A DNA stretch of 63,842 bases, filler included, from Collodictyon triciliatum (taxonomy: Eukaryota): assembly GCA_043381765.1 (NCBI GenBank). It is 12 parts of 12 records of this genome, joined end to end, with 100 filler letters (N's around TTAATTAATTAA, not from the genome) between each part and the next. Parts side by side here need not be neighbours in the genome. Positions count along the whole stretch, not along the records: positions 44,616 to 50,088 come from JBHJMP010005170.1; positions 50,189 to 55,657 come from JBHJMP010005171.1; positions 55,758 to 61,225 come from JBHJMP010005172.1; 9 more parts are not named here. The stretch is one strand, 5' to 3'. The position numbers and the translations under genes were made by a program. The stretch's first letter is position 1. Each line of letters starts with the position of its first letter. Under the pieces are notes generated by a model. The model searched no databases. It was not told where the DNA came from and saw nothing but the letters and a program-made list of their open reading frames with translations. Positions 45,117 through 59,200 of this stretch are shown piece after piece.

Positions 45117-48100
45117 AGCTATAAGATTGATGCAATTTTAACCAAAAAAGAATATTTTTCTTACATCCGATGGAGCTGACAAATGTATTTCTTCTACAAT
45201 TCGAATTTTCGAGGCATCCATGTACCCACGCATTATTCGGTGGGTGATGTCAAGCGAGAAATACAACTTACTTGAACGTTGGGCACTCGATTTTGTCTTG
45301 GGGTCTTTGCGCCACAAGAATCCAGCTATTTCATTTCCTGATGTAGACTGAATAATTGGATTGAGCTGAAACAGCTCACGACACTCTGGACATAACCACC
45401 TTTTCTGATAACTGCTTATACGCACAGCGCTGATATATCGCTCATATGTTTTAAGTGAGTCGTATTCACTCCATAAAGCTTCGTAGCCGGTGCACCATTC
45501 TGGTGGAGGGAGCTGGTGTTCTAATAGAAAGCCATGTTCTGGCGGCAAATATAACTCTTGTTCTAGTGCAATTTCTCTGGCTTGAAACAGAGAGATGCTC
45601 TGAAAAAAGTGCTCTAGTGAAGTTGGATCAGAAATAAGCTGGCGCTGTAACTCAGACTGTGGGGCTACGCTATGTAGAGTGCCAAATATTCTAAAGCGGC
45701 GATGTGCTAGTCCATTTCGTAGAAGAGCTCCATACCGGGATATAAACAAAGTATTGTCTTGAATATAGTATTTTAACGATGGAATAACATGTAGTCCCCT
45801 TGGTGAGTCACAAGCGATTCCAAACGACCAACTGTTTGTAATTATCCCATCTTGCAAACAGTTTAAATAAAGACATGTAGGAAACTGCGTGGAGAGGTGG
45901 CCAGGGAGATTTGGAGGGGGTTGAGAGAGGCTTGCTACAGGAGAATTTCGGAGGTGACCATAAGAACTGTCGTGGGAATGAGACAATCCCTTGGGATGAA
46001 CCGATGGGAGATTAGGAATTGTAACTCTTAGAGAACTTGTTTGCAAAAGATTAGAGGGTTTGTAAGGTGAATCCTGCTTCACATGAATAATATCTTCAGC
46101 TAGTCCCGTGTCGCTTGCTTCAAATGATTTCTCTGTACTTGCAGCTCCACTGTGTATTGGTAATTCGGTCGAAAGAAAGTCGTGTGGTTGACTAGACGGG
46201 GTAAATGTATCATCTTTATAGCTTGACGCACGAGTCGATCCAGACACAGAAATCTCTTCCCGTTTGTCAAACAAGGTAATTGACGCAGATAATGACGACA
46301 CTATGGAAGATTCAAAGAGGGAACTATTCACCCCAAATACTGGCGAGTGTTCTAGTACTTGCAATGAACTGCCTGGAGATGCGGATGGAGTAATAGAAAA
46401 GTGAACAGCAGATGAATTCGAAGAAAGTGTAGCTTGGTTTGGTGGTGTAGTAGATATCTTGTTCCCAGCATGTGTCACTCCGCGGGAGGTATGGCGATTG
46501 CTATTCTGTCGAATATTTGGAGGAATTCCTTGCTGCCAATATCTCCAAGGAATAGAGTGATAGCCCTTGTCACACTTTTTCACCTCGTCTGGTGCATAGA
46601 ACTGAAGGTCAACCTTACCTATATGAAATACATCTCCAGTCGCATAATGGCATGCTGGGCACCCGATAAACGAGTTTATTTGTAACCCAGCATACACTTG
46701 TTTCAAGTTCTCGACGATGCGAGTAATGCGCAGTAATCCACGCCATGCGGTAGTGCGGTCATTATTGGAGTTTACCTCAACTATAAGATTTTGATGCTGC
46801 GAATCCCATCGAGCCAGTATATGGTATTGATATTTTGTTTCTCCTTCTGTTTCGGATATGCGCACAGAGTAATGACTGCTGCTTACATAAGTTTTGGTAA
46901 CAAAGAAATCACCCTCATTTTTCATGAAGGAGTGTAGACTGGTGACAAAATATCCAAATATTCCATGCGCGCCTTTGTTCAGGTGGCAAAGGAGAATACA
47001 GAAAGACTGGATCTGTTCTCCGATAACAGGATTCCATAGTTCAAGAGGAGGCTGTCCAGGAGCCATCAGTGCAGGAAACATTACGTACCCATCTGCTGTA
47101 GCCAAGGCTAACTGATGATGTTCCAGAATGTGAAGGACGAAATCAGATTTCTGTGTGTCTCCATCCTGAATAGCCTTTAGCAGCTTTTCCCTTGATACAA
47201 TACCAGGGTTTATAGATGTGGCTGCCTCATGGATGGCCTTTGCAAATAGATGGATTAAGAAAGATGGCTCTGTGATTACTATACTTCGGAATGATATTCC
47301 TGACCGCCAACTCAAAAACCCCATAGAGTCAAAATATTGGAGCACACCATCGGCACTGGAGAATGGAGAGAGTGATTGAGTAATCTTTTCCATTTCATCA
47401 AGAGTGAAAGCAGGTGGGAAGGACTGTGCACTCTTTTTTTGAATCAAATCCATGAGGCTTGGATAGAACTTTGGCACTGGAGTTGAGAAACAATGAAGCC
47501 TTGAGACAAAAGCGCCTAATTTATCCAATAACAAATCTGTCGAATCATCAAAGTGCAAGCTCACCCAGACAGTGTCAAACACAAAGATATTTTTGTATGC
47601 CTTTGCGATGCTTTTAATTATTTGGTTAACATCTTGCTGCTGCTTTGGAGTTTCATAAGCTTTATCTTCGGCATGCGTCACAACAACGAGGATGGGACAG
47701 CGATCACCATAGTGACCGGTCTCAGAAACCATGCAAGAGAGAGCAGAGAGCCACTTATGGAGATGAAAATCTACTTTTTCCAAAGGATTTAGCACGAGCA
47801 TGATCGGGGACTCTGTCGACAGAAATATTGGATATGCAATGCTGAAATGTGTTTCGTCCTTGAATTCCCACGGTCTGAGTTGAACTGAACGGTCATCTGG
47901 AAGTTTTATCTCTACAATGAAATTCAACAGAATATCCACGCCTTGAGTAGTCTGATTGGAGCCAAATCCAGATTTTGTTTGGCCTCTTGGAGAAAATAAA
48001 GGAGATTGTGCCGATATCATTCGCATGACCGATGTTTTCCCACTTTTAGAAGAACCTAAGATTTGCAATCTTCCTTTGTTCCACATTACAGTGCCCATAA

Positions 48101-49871
48101 GGGATACCCTAAGGAAACTGAGTATCGCGTGTGAGCCTTGCGAAATGACACTTTTTGGTGGGGACCGGATAGGATTCTTTGATACATCAAGCTCTTGTAA
48201 AAGAGGCATCCGTCCTTTATAAATATTTCAATAGAAAAGCCAAATTAATTGAATTATGAACACATTTTATCCAAACATTCATATATCCGTAGTCGTTTAT
48301 AATCTTCGCAGATTTTAAAAAAAGTGTACCTAGAAACTCTGGCAAAAATGAAATACGATTCCCAGACAAATCAAGGGATTTGAAAGGAATTAAATGCACC
48401 AAAGTATCAGGTACTTTAGATAGGTTTTTTTGAGACAAGTCGAGGTTTTTCTTTTTCAAATCTAAACTGTTCCAGGCTAGATAAACATCCTCTTCAAGAG
48501 CGATTTCAATAAATTTGAACACAGTCAGGTTGGTCAATTTGCTCAACGACGCAGGAAAGGATTGGAGCTATGGGATAATATTGATTTCAAATTATGATAT
48601 AACAAGAAGAAAAAAGAAAAACGTAAATTGAATCTAAATTCATCTCAAAAGGTATTCTAATTTTACAGGATTCTTTGAGACATCAAACTCCTCTAGGGTA
48701 TCAAGGTATCCGATATTATGAGGAAGCTTCTCCATCTGATATTATGATAAATTTAACTTTATGCATAAAACACAATACCTTTTCTCTAGCTAGAAACTAT
48801 AGAAAGAGATATATGTACGGTACCATATTCCCTGAAATGTATAGTCCTTTCAACTGCGGTATTAAGAGAATAGATTCTGGCAAGACTTGAATCTATTTCA
48901 AGAGCATACGTAAGTTTGTACTTTCAGTTTTCATTTGTTTATGAAATAGATAATCTCATGAATAACAACCCTGACCTTATTTTCAGACAAATCCAAAAGT
49001 TTAAGCTTTTTCAGCATGTTAAACTTACCAGGAAGCTCATATATCTTTGGCATTAGTGAGTGTTAATATGATATGGAATAGTAATTAGCAAGACCGATGC
49101 AAAATTAATTATTGACTTAATAACAAGTAAAAGCTCCTGGGGAAGGTGGGAGTAGAGCTCATATACCATATTATTTGCCAGTTGCATACATTGAAGATTT
49201 GACATAAGGCAAATACTTTCAGATAAAATTCTGACCTATCCACATTGAAATTTATTTTAAAAATGATTGCAATGGAGAGTGTCCAAGAGTGGGAGAGAAG
49301 GAAATAAGGCATCACGTAAAAATGACCGTTCAATGCAAACTTGGTTTTTTGATATGTTGATGTACGTCAAGCTTGTATGATGGTTTGGCGGCACCGATAA
49401 TTCAACGATCTTATGGAATAAGAATGTGTCATGAAACTAAAATTAATTTACTTTTTTTTTTTTTAATGATAGCAATTATTGAGTAAGACACTACTAACGT
49501 TGTTGTCGCTTAAGTCAAGGGACTTAAATGGGATCAACTTCGATATTCCACTCGGTATATCAACAAGATTAAGTTTCTTCATCACCAATCGGCTGTTTCG
49601 AATATCAAGATGTGACCATAAGGCCATTTCTTGCTCGCCTATTTTATTATCAGATATTTTTATGCTTTGCAGGTTCGTCAGCATGCTAAAGGAGTCCGGG
49701 ATAGTTGAAACCTTGATAATGTTTTTTTTTTTTTTTTGTCAAAGAAATATTCGTCTTGAACTAAATATACCATATAAATTCTGGTGAAGAGTAAAAGGAA
49801 ACCTCATTGAAGCTCAAATCAATTTTCCTCAAGGATGTTATAAAACCTATGCATGCTGGTAGGACAGATAT
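44895..49871 (-). CDS. ROCO-type protein: LRRs - Roc - COR - Ser-rich linker - Cys/His module - PH-like; both ends truncated
   Basis: LRR exons; NPIRSPPKSVISQGSHAILSFLR (LRR-Roc junction); GSSKSGKTS, TQGVDI, VVTHAED; VLQYFDSMG and VITEPSFL (COR); IAGFLWRK...LYFSL (PH-like). Confidence 0.85.
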
Positions 49872-51086
49872 CTAGGATATGAAGAGAACAAAGCTCAGGT
49901 GGCCACAGAACCGAACGAAAAAAGTGTCATCTTACATAAATAAAAACCAAAAGAAGGAAAAAGAGAAAAAGAGAAAAAGAGAAAAAGAGAAAAAGAGAAA
50001 GAGAGAAAGAGAGAAAGAGAGAAAGAGAGAAAGAGAGAAAGAGAGAAAGAGAGAAAGAGAGAAAGAGAGAAAGAGAAAAGAGAGAAAGNNNNNNNNNNNN
50101 NNNNNNNNNNNNNNNNNNNNNNNNNNNNNNNNTTAATTAATTAANNNNNNNNNNNNNNNNNNNNNNNNNNNNNNNNNNNNNNNNNNNNTGTTATTTTGTT
50201 TCTTTGTTATTTTGTTTCTTTGTTATTTTGTTTCTTTGTTATTTTGTTTCTTTGTTATTTTGTTTCTTTGTTATTTTGTTTCTTTGTTTTTTTGTTTTTT
50301 GTTTTTTGTTATTTTGTTATTTTGTTATTTTGTTTCGTTTCAAGCGCTCTTCCTTCCGTCTGTGTCTGCGTTTGTGTGTTTGTGTGCTTCGTTTTCTTTG
50401 TTGTGGAAACGAGAAATCCAAAGGAAAAAATATTCGCTGGGTCGAATCCAAACAGGCGGACGGGAAAGGGTCGAAACACAAACACCGGAAATTCGACGGA
50501 ATAGAAACTTCCTTTCAATGAAATTGTGTTTTTCTGGATTATTATTCAACCAAATGCAGAAGTTTTTACCGGACTAAGACATTCCTTTTCTGGAAATCGC
50601 AGGGCGGAAGAAGTTCTATTTTCATATATGATATGGTATAATATGTATGACACGTTGTTTTGCAACACCCGAAGCGGCCCAAGTGGCGAGAATTTCAGCT
50701 GGTTGTGGAAAATATTCTGCGTCTCACAAAATCCATATCTAGTAGTATCGCGCAACTGGAAGGATGACCATATGCAATTAAGGAAATCTACATCTGGAAT
50801 TTACGAAAAGGAAATCCTTTCCTTAATTGGATAAAGATGACAAGTGGGGTGGCTTCTCTCATCTGAGTTTATTTCTTTTTGCGGATGAGGGCGGAGTGAG
50901 TGTGCTAGAGATGGATGCTGCCTTTCACAAAGATTTTCTTCGTTGCTATATTTTTTCCATTCCGCCGACAAAACCGAGCGGGGGAAAACGGCAGAGAGAA
51001 AGATGAAAAAAAAAAAAGAGAGAGAGAGAGAAAGAGAGAGACGAGAAGGGCATAAAAAGTGAGCGACTTATGAAACATAAGCAGGA

Positions 51087-52611
51087 TTATACGGCAAAGA
51101 GACTGGAAACCGATTCTCCAAAGTGGATGCAGCGGATGGTTTCGCCAACAAGACCAGCGACAGAGATCTGCTTGATGACGGGCGGGATGGGCTTGTCCTT
51201 TGGCAGTGGGATGGTGTCTGTCACAATGAGCTCCTCCAAAACAGATTTGCTGATTCGGTCCACAGCCGGGCCAGAAAGCACAGCGTGTGTGATGACCGCA
51301 TAGACACGCGCAGCCCCAACCTACAAATCATGCAGAGGCGAAGCAAACACACAGGTGAGACGGTGATATCAGGAGGCGTCTGATTCTCTGCATATCCCAC
51401 CAGACCAAAGCATGATGTACAGTACCTTCTTCAACTCAACTGCAGCCTGGCACAGCGTCCCGGCAGTGTCCACAATATCATCCACAATGACGCAGTCGTT
51501 ATCCTGAATCGCCTCTCCACCAACCACATCCATCTTCTCGACAACACCAGCAGATGCCCGCTGCTTGATAATCATGGCCAAGCGGATGTTCTCCACTATT
51601 TGGGGCGATTAGTCATGCAGATGAGTTTTGGGGCGCCTGGTGGACATACACATCATCGATATGGTGTGCGTACCTCCCAGCTTGGTCAGATGCTCCATAA
51701 ACTCCTTTGCCCTTGCCACGCCGCCAGCGTCTGGTGAGACCACGACCAGGTTCTTGAGTCCCTTTTGCGCGAGATACGGCGCTATGGCAACTGTGGAGAA
51801 AAGGTTGTCCACAGGGACTTTCTGAAAGAATCCCTGGATTTGTCCGCAGTGCAAGTCCACAGAAACAACACGGTCCACACCAGCAGCTTCAAGCAGAATC
51901 GCAACATCCGAGGCAGAGATGGGGACGCGTGGCTTTGTTTTTCTGTTGCGTTTCCCCCCGTTATTTTCAATATGGAGCTGTGAGAATCTTGTCTCTTCTA
52001 TCCATCAAGTAATGGGAAGGGCAAGAAGGAGGGAAACCTGTCTTGTCGGGCATAGCCAAAGTACGGGATGACCGCAGTCACGTAGCGGGCAGATGCTCGC
52101 TTCAGGGTGCGGATTAGAAAAAACAGTTCCATCAAGTTTTCGTTCACAGGCTTGCAAGTGCTCTGAAAGAAAGAAACAAACAAACAAACACACAAAAAAG
52201 AAAAAAGTGTCAAGCATGAGAAATATGACGTAGTCCAACCAGAGTCAGCAAAGTTGAGACAGGCGGTGAAAAGGTGTGTTGATAAGAACATATTGATACT
52301 GCAAAAGCTTGAATGTCGTCGGGTCAATAAGTAGTGGTTGCGGACTTGAATAAAGTTATTTTTTTTTTTTGAGGTTAAAAAGAGAAAGAAAAAGAAAGCA
52401 TATAATTCACTTCAGGAAAGAGGAAAGGAGAAGCAACCTGGATGACAAAGACGTTTCCGTTTCGAATGTTTTCGTTGATTTGGATGTTGCACTCGCCATC
52501 GTTAAAGCGATCGACCTGGACATCTCCAAGAGAAATTCCAACGTGCTTGGCGACCTCCTCGGCAAACTCGCGGTTGGCGTTGCCGCTGAAAATGCGCATA
52601 GCGTTGTTCAT
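51087..52611 (-). CDS. PRPS: Ribose-phosphate pyrophosphokinase, 5 exons, complete
   Basis: [54 protein letters not shown] and VTDTIP. Confidence 0.97.
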
Positions 52612-52915
52612 CCTCCTGCTTCGCTGTTGTGTTTCTTTTGAGCATGATTTGCTTCGCCCGTATTTTCATAATTGTGTTCTTTAATAAACATAAAGAAGAT
52701 AATGTGAATTCCTTGGTTTTAAAATGTTTGATTTCCTTCTTGCGGCAAAGTGCCCTGACAAAGTTTGATTGAGAGTAACCAGGACTGACTCACTCTCAAT
52801 ACCATACTCTCTGCCCTTGGCCAAGCAGGGGAAAAAAGAACAGAGCAAAATACCAAAACTCTACAAAAAAATACAAAAAAAAAAAGATGCTTTGCAGAGA
52901 ACATGTTGTTTTGTG

Positions 52916-52946
<31 letters not shown>

Positions 52947-54989
52947 GGCCAGCAACGCGACAGACAGGTGGAATGCTAGTTTGTGTTAGTTGTGCCGCAT
53001 GATTCTTGGGCCCTTTTTCATCACAGGCGTCCCCAACACTTGGCCAGGGTGAGTCTGTCGGCCAAACGAAAACGAGCTCACAAGCGCCCACGACAATCCA
53101 GCGCCGAATTGAATCGCTTCTGAGCCTGCTTTGCTTGGACACTTAACTTTCTTTTTGATTATGATTTCCTCTGGGCTGACTCGATCCACTTCCCACAACA
53201 CCAAAAATTCTAGTAGGGCACCCTTATTGGGCATTCAACGAACGAACCACAAAAAATTCAAAGAAAGACGCGATAATGGGTCAAGATACCGTACAAATTC
53301 ATACGTAGTCTGTATGTGGAATATCCAAATCAGAGATGCTTCATTATTCTATATCTGGATTTTTCACATTGGAGGGTGCAGGCTGTCTCGCCTCTTGGGG
53401 TTTTGCCGAGGACGCATTGCTTCGGTAGTTCGACCGGATGACGTACTGTCTTCGGCCCGGTATTCGCTCACACCCGTTAAATGGCTCTATGTTAGTTTTC
53501 ACGAGCTTGGCTACATATATTAACTTTATTGTAGTGCGGCTTTAGTTCTGGGGGAGCAGAAACGATTCTTTGGCTGGTATTTCTACACATCGACTGAAAA
53601 TACTCAAAATGGACAGGTGTGTAGGTTTGGAGGTGTTGTGGTTTTACTGCAAACGAGATATGTCCCCAGGCATATCGTCACAAGATTCTATATAGTATGT
53701 TCAGTAGTGTGAGGCTAAGACGTCTTTTTTTATATATTTCTGAGAACAAAGGGAAGCATGACCTAGTGTTAATAGTCGTGACATGGGGCGATATCTGCGT
53801 TGACGATGAAGGGATTCTGAAAGTGATGGTTTGCCGTATGCATTAGATCTTGTTATGCAGTGTTGGTATTCTTTAGGTCTGAGAGATGTTCCAGCAAACA
53901 CCTATATTAAAACAGGTCCTTGCTCATTTGTTACATACCAATCCTTAACAATTCTTTTCATGGACACAGCAAGGGCGATGACCAAAAGGACAGTAGCAAT
54001 TGAGCTGGTGTACCAACTTGGCCCAAGAGTGGCATGTTTCAAATATCCTGTCCCATTTGCACAGGTGGCCCATACCGTAGTCCCTGCGAGGCTTCCAATC
54101 AGACTTCCAAGCAGCATACAAAGGCACGCTATGTCCCAACAGTTTTTGCCAGCACAGACAGGAAACATAAGTAAGTAGGAATCTCTATTAAAGTTGAGGT
54201 AGGAGGATAACGCCGACGCCGATCCCGCCAGCACAGTGCTGAAAGATTGAAGGAGAAGAGTTATCCGAGCAGTATTCTTAATGTCTCCGTGATGATGTTT
54301 TGGAAGCAATCTGACATCTTGCCGATTGATGGTCACTAAGCCCACATCGCTTCCATAGGCAATAGACCACATGTCCATCAAATTACTCAAAACGAAGAGT
54401 GCTGTCGATGCAATAAGAAGAATGGTCTATCATGTCCATGAAAAAACAGAATTAGATCTCCCGACCATAACTTAAAGGCGGCTCGGCTCTTGATTTATGT
54501 AAATTTATATGAACTGTTTCCCTGAACCAGTCAATCACATTTAAAAATGTAGCCCCAAACCCACTCATTTATAAACACAAAAAATTATTTTGTATATGAC
54601 AGGTTACTCATGGTACAATCACAACTTCAAGTTGATGAAGAGGATTAATTACTATGATGAGTCGGATTCTTCTTGTTTCGTATACGCAAAGCATTCTACA
54701 AAATTGGGTGTGGATACGACGGCTGGTCTATGAAGATTTCGACAATCTAGATCGAATTTGGAATATTAGGGAGAGGGTCAGCACCAGCAAAACGAGTTCA
54801 GATTGAGCAATCGAATAGTTAATTCTCAAAAATGAATCATAACCCATCTATGTTATTTTATACATGCATTTCATAGCAAACTGATTGATCGGTCGAATAG
54901 TTTAATAGGCGATCAGTGGTGATTGTGTATGTGAAACTAAATCAGGTCTGACTTTCTAACCGAGGGTGAATGGATTCGCCATTGTTTGA

Positions 54990-55657
54990 AGTATGGCGTT
55001 AATTCTTCTTTGTGCTAGATTGAATGGCGACTTGAGCATTTCGATTCATAGCGTTCAGGTGGGGTGTATGCTGGATGCTAGTTTCCATCGATTTTTCAGA
55101 ATCATCAGCAAACATCTGGCGTTCATCAAAGCCATGTTTCATTACGCCTGCATCTTTTTCCATAGATCATCAACACCAGACTGAATACAGTTTCAATCAC
55201 TCTCAAAACCCATCTGGCCTTGCTCCCTAGCTTTAAACCATACAGTGAAAACTGCACTCCAGGTTTGTATCCAGACGAGTCTCGCAGCATCGAATAATTT
55301 ACCATACTTGGAATAAATAGACCAAGGACAAGGCACCAAGTCTGACTTCCGAATTCTGCAAATGGCATCACTGCTTACCCGAGAGAATTAACGGCGCGTA
55401 GCCGCGGAGCCAGAAACGCACACCGTATGGGCGCTGCCTGCAGTGGGAGGCGTTGGACTCATCACACCCAAAACCGCATGGATATCACTGACCATGAAGT
55501 GGTGGACGGGATATGTTCATCCAGCCGAAAGGGTTTTGGCAAATTGGGATGTGGAAAATCATCACCAAACTGTGTGCAGACTTCAAAACACAGTTGCAAC
55601 AAAGGACAATCCCACGACCACCTCCAAACACACCAGAGCCTTTGCTCTCGCGTTGGC
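54990..55657 (+). mobile_element. Possible heavily decayed non-LTR retrotransposon RT remnant
   Basis: Stop- and frameshift-riddled peptides in LINE order: SGVHQ (cf. GvrQG), SGL, FTILGI (cf. FxYLG), LPAVGGVGLI...SLTMKWW (cf. PxxxGGlGl...KW). No YADD visible. Confidence 0.3.
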
Positions 55658-55920
55658 NNNNNNNNNNNNNNNNNNNNNNNNNNNNNNNNNNNNNNNNNNN
55701 NTTAATTAATTAANNNNNNNNNNNNNNNNNNNNNNNNNNNNNNNNNNNNNNNNNNNNTTTGCGTGTTTGTTGTTTGTTGTTTGTTTTTACTTTTACTTTT
55801 GTTTTTGTTATTTTATTGTTATTGCTTCGCCCAATTCCTGCGGCCGAGTGATCCACCCCGAACTTTTTGGGCCGTAGCTCAACGTCCTCAAAGTCGTGAC
55901 CTTCCTCCTTTTTCTTTTGG

Positions 55921-56198
55921 ATGGATCGAGCCGAAGCTGACGAAGACGCCGCAGGAATACGCAATCCCGAAGAATATCTCCTTTTAATCCAAGAACGGAA
56001 TAAGTGAGTGGCTGTAGCATGTAAAAGTATCTATATTTTTCACAAGCTGACGCAACCTTGATTATCACGCTTTATGTCACGCTTTGAATCGTTCATTCTT
56101 TTACGCATATCTATTGTTGCTCTCGATTGATGGACATCTATTCAACAACGTCGCGCATATTCAAAATAATGTGCGTGCTACATTCACCTATAGTCTCT

Positions 56199-56242
<44 letters not shown>

Positions 56243-59200
56243 GATGGGGTAGGCTGCTTACCAAAATCAAAAGGAAAGAAGAGGAGAGACGAAAGAAAAT
56301 CGAAGACCGTGAAAAGGGGTTCAATGTCTATTTCCGAGGCGCAAACGATGACGTCCCAAACCCCGGAAGAAGGACGCCATCATCACGCGATTCAATTGTA
56401 AATGAAGGTTAGTTTTTGACCTTGGGATACAATATTTCCCAAAGACACCTTTTATTTAGTTTTTGCAAGTTATATGATGCTCGTCTGTATTTTCGTAGCA
56501 ACTAGCGGGATGCGGCTTAAGCGAGACATGTCACCTCGACCAAACCAATCTCCTCGAAGTAATCCCGTAGTGCCTGTAATCAGGGCGGCCAAACAGCCTC
56601 TAAAGGAAACAACTAAGCAAAGGAGAACTTGGAGTCGAGTAAGAAAAAAAATCATATACAATCATCTAGTGGCTTTCACTCGAATGGCCTATGGTTTAAC
56701 CTCTATATGTAATACGAATATGTGAGTGAGAAAAAATCACCGCCCATCGAATGAATAACTCATTCTTGATAAATTATATGAAACTCTTGAATTACTATTG
56801 TTGATTTGTTGATTCGTTATTATTCTCATTAGGAAGAAATATTTATTCCTGCACAAGAAGGGATCCGGCTTCGCCCTCCTCCTGGTGGTCAAGCTCAAAT
56901 AAACACTGGTGATGAGGCCCAAGATAGACAACCACAAATTTTTCAAGAGCCTCTTTCAACTGAGGAAAATGCTGTATCCCTTACTCAAAGCAGCGAGGGG
57001 GTCAGTACAAATGAGCCAAAAGCTGAGCAAAATGATTCTGCACAAGAATATCCCCTAGAGTCCATGGACTATGCACTATCAATCGTAAATCAAAAGGTTG
57101 ATGAAAGTGGCATTTCATCATGTGGGCCAAAGAAAAGTGATTCAGATAACATCCAAGTAGAACGAATAGACTCAATATGTATCATTCCTAATGTCCCTAA
57201 CAGCGACTTTGACCCATCTGATGCAGAAATAGTAAAGTCTTCAGATAATGCAAGGGAATTAAGAAACAGTTTGTCCAAATCTAAAAGCAAACCTCTCCGA
57301 TCTGACTGGGACGAACCTGACGAAATTCCAGAAAACATCATGGATGAGTCTTCAAAACTTCGGCGCTCTGTTACATTTGCCCTTCCAGAACCAAATTCAT
57401 CGAATTCACGAGGATCGACACCAAACAAGCCAGCTAAAGACCAGCCGACCGACTCTATTATAATCATGGCCCCTGATACTTTGATCATGCCCAGGCCTGT
57501 TGTCACCCCAACAACTGCTCAGAATTCTCACAGTATGTAGGCTATATATTTAAAATTCAATAATCAATGCGGTTTTTTTAAAAATTAGAAACCATCTTAT
57601 ACCTTTGCCCTATAGAAATGACAAGACAGTCTACATCCTTGGAAAGGAAAGAGATTGATAATCCACAGGAACTGAGAAAAGTTTTAGAGGCCATGCACAT
57701 AGAGAACTCAAAAGCCCGTGGGTCAACTTCTAGGCCCACTTCTGCAACTCCTGAGCCCTCATCAAAGCCTAAATTCCTTTCCAAATTATCGAAGGTGCCA
57801 CAAGCTGTAGAAGATAAGAAAGAACCTCGCGTCGAAAATGTTGTAGTGAACTCGCTAAAAGACGGATCGAATAGAAACACTAGATTTATTGAAGAGAATA
57901 TAGACCCAAGTTCAAATGGATGGGCTTCTCATTCGAAGGAAACACCACCTCCAGAGCTTTGCCAAATGGTTAACGGAAACATATTCTAATTACATTTTTG
58001 TTTCCTGTTCCCTGTTTCCTGTTTCCTGTTTCCTGTTTCCTGTTTTCTCTTATCTTTTCTTTTTTTCCTTTTTTCCTTTTTTCTTTTTTCTTTTTCTTTT
58101 TCTTTTTCTTTTTCTTTTTCTTTTTCTTTTTCTTTTTCTTTTTCTTTTTCTTTTTCTTTTTCTTTTTTCTATTGGTCTTAAAAATGTTTATTTAAAAGGA
58201 TAAAAACCCAGTCCTGAATTATGGATGTGACCAAGATTCAAGTACTTTAGCACAGATAAGTTCAAAACTTACCGAGCTGGATCCAAGAAAGCAACGATTC
58301 TTGCTTAAGGTTTTTTTCTTATCCAATCAGATTGGCGAATATCAAAAACCCTTGCCTTTATATATCGAATAAAGGATTTTGAAGTATGAGCCCAAATTTT
58401 TTTTTTAAAAAAAATATGGCTGCCAAAGGATTGTAATCGATACGTAAGTATATTAACTTTATCGGTTCAATAGCTCCTGGAAAATCTACAATCAACCGAT
58501 TCTAAGAATCTTGAGTCCACAAAACAGCTAGATGCTGCGTTCATTTCGCAGTTTCTCCAGCTCGCAAAGGTTGATGTCCGACTGTATACAGTTCAGCTAT
58601 GCACGATTACATATATATTATGCATATTACATCCGATCAAATTTTGATTATAAATCCCAGTATTGATTTTTTTATTTTAGGATGAAAAATCACCAGCTAA
58701 AATTGAGGAGATGAAAGTACCAGAGAAAGTAGCCAAAACCCTTGAGCCTCTAAAAATATCGAAACCAAAATCCTCGTGGACACACACATTCGTATTTCGA
58801 CTTCTTACGACGTGGGGGCACAAGAGTATTATCGGCCTCACAGAAGTAAAATATACTACATAAATCTTAAAATTGAAGCTAACATGAATATAAATAGATT
58901 GACTTTTATGATAATGATGGAATCATACCCGTGGAGGAGAGTGACATAAAAATTATTGGACCCAATAATTCAAAATCCCCGCTCGTTCGCCTTGTAGATA
59001 GCAAAACACAGGTAAAGATTTTAAATTAATTGTAAAAAAAATAAATTCAAATATGAACTTGGATTAAGATAGATATGAAAACTCGTAGAATGATATTTAT
59101 TGTCAAATTGTCATGACCTCTCAATTGCTTCATAAATAATTTGGGGTGGTTTTTTTTTTAACCCTTCTTCCTTCATCAGACTAACAATGAACGCCACATG

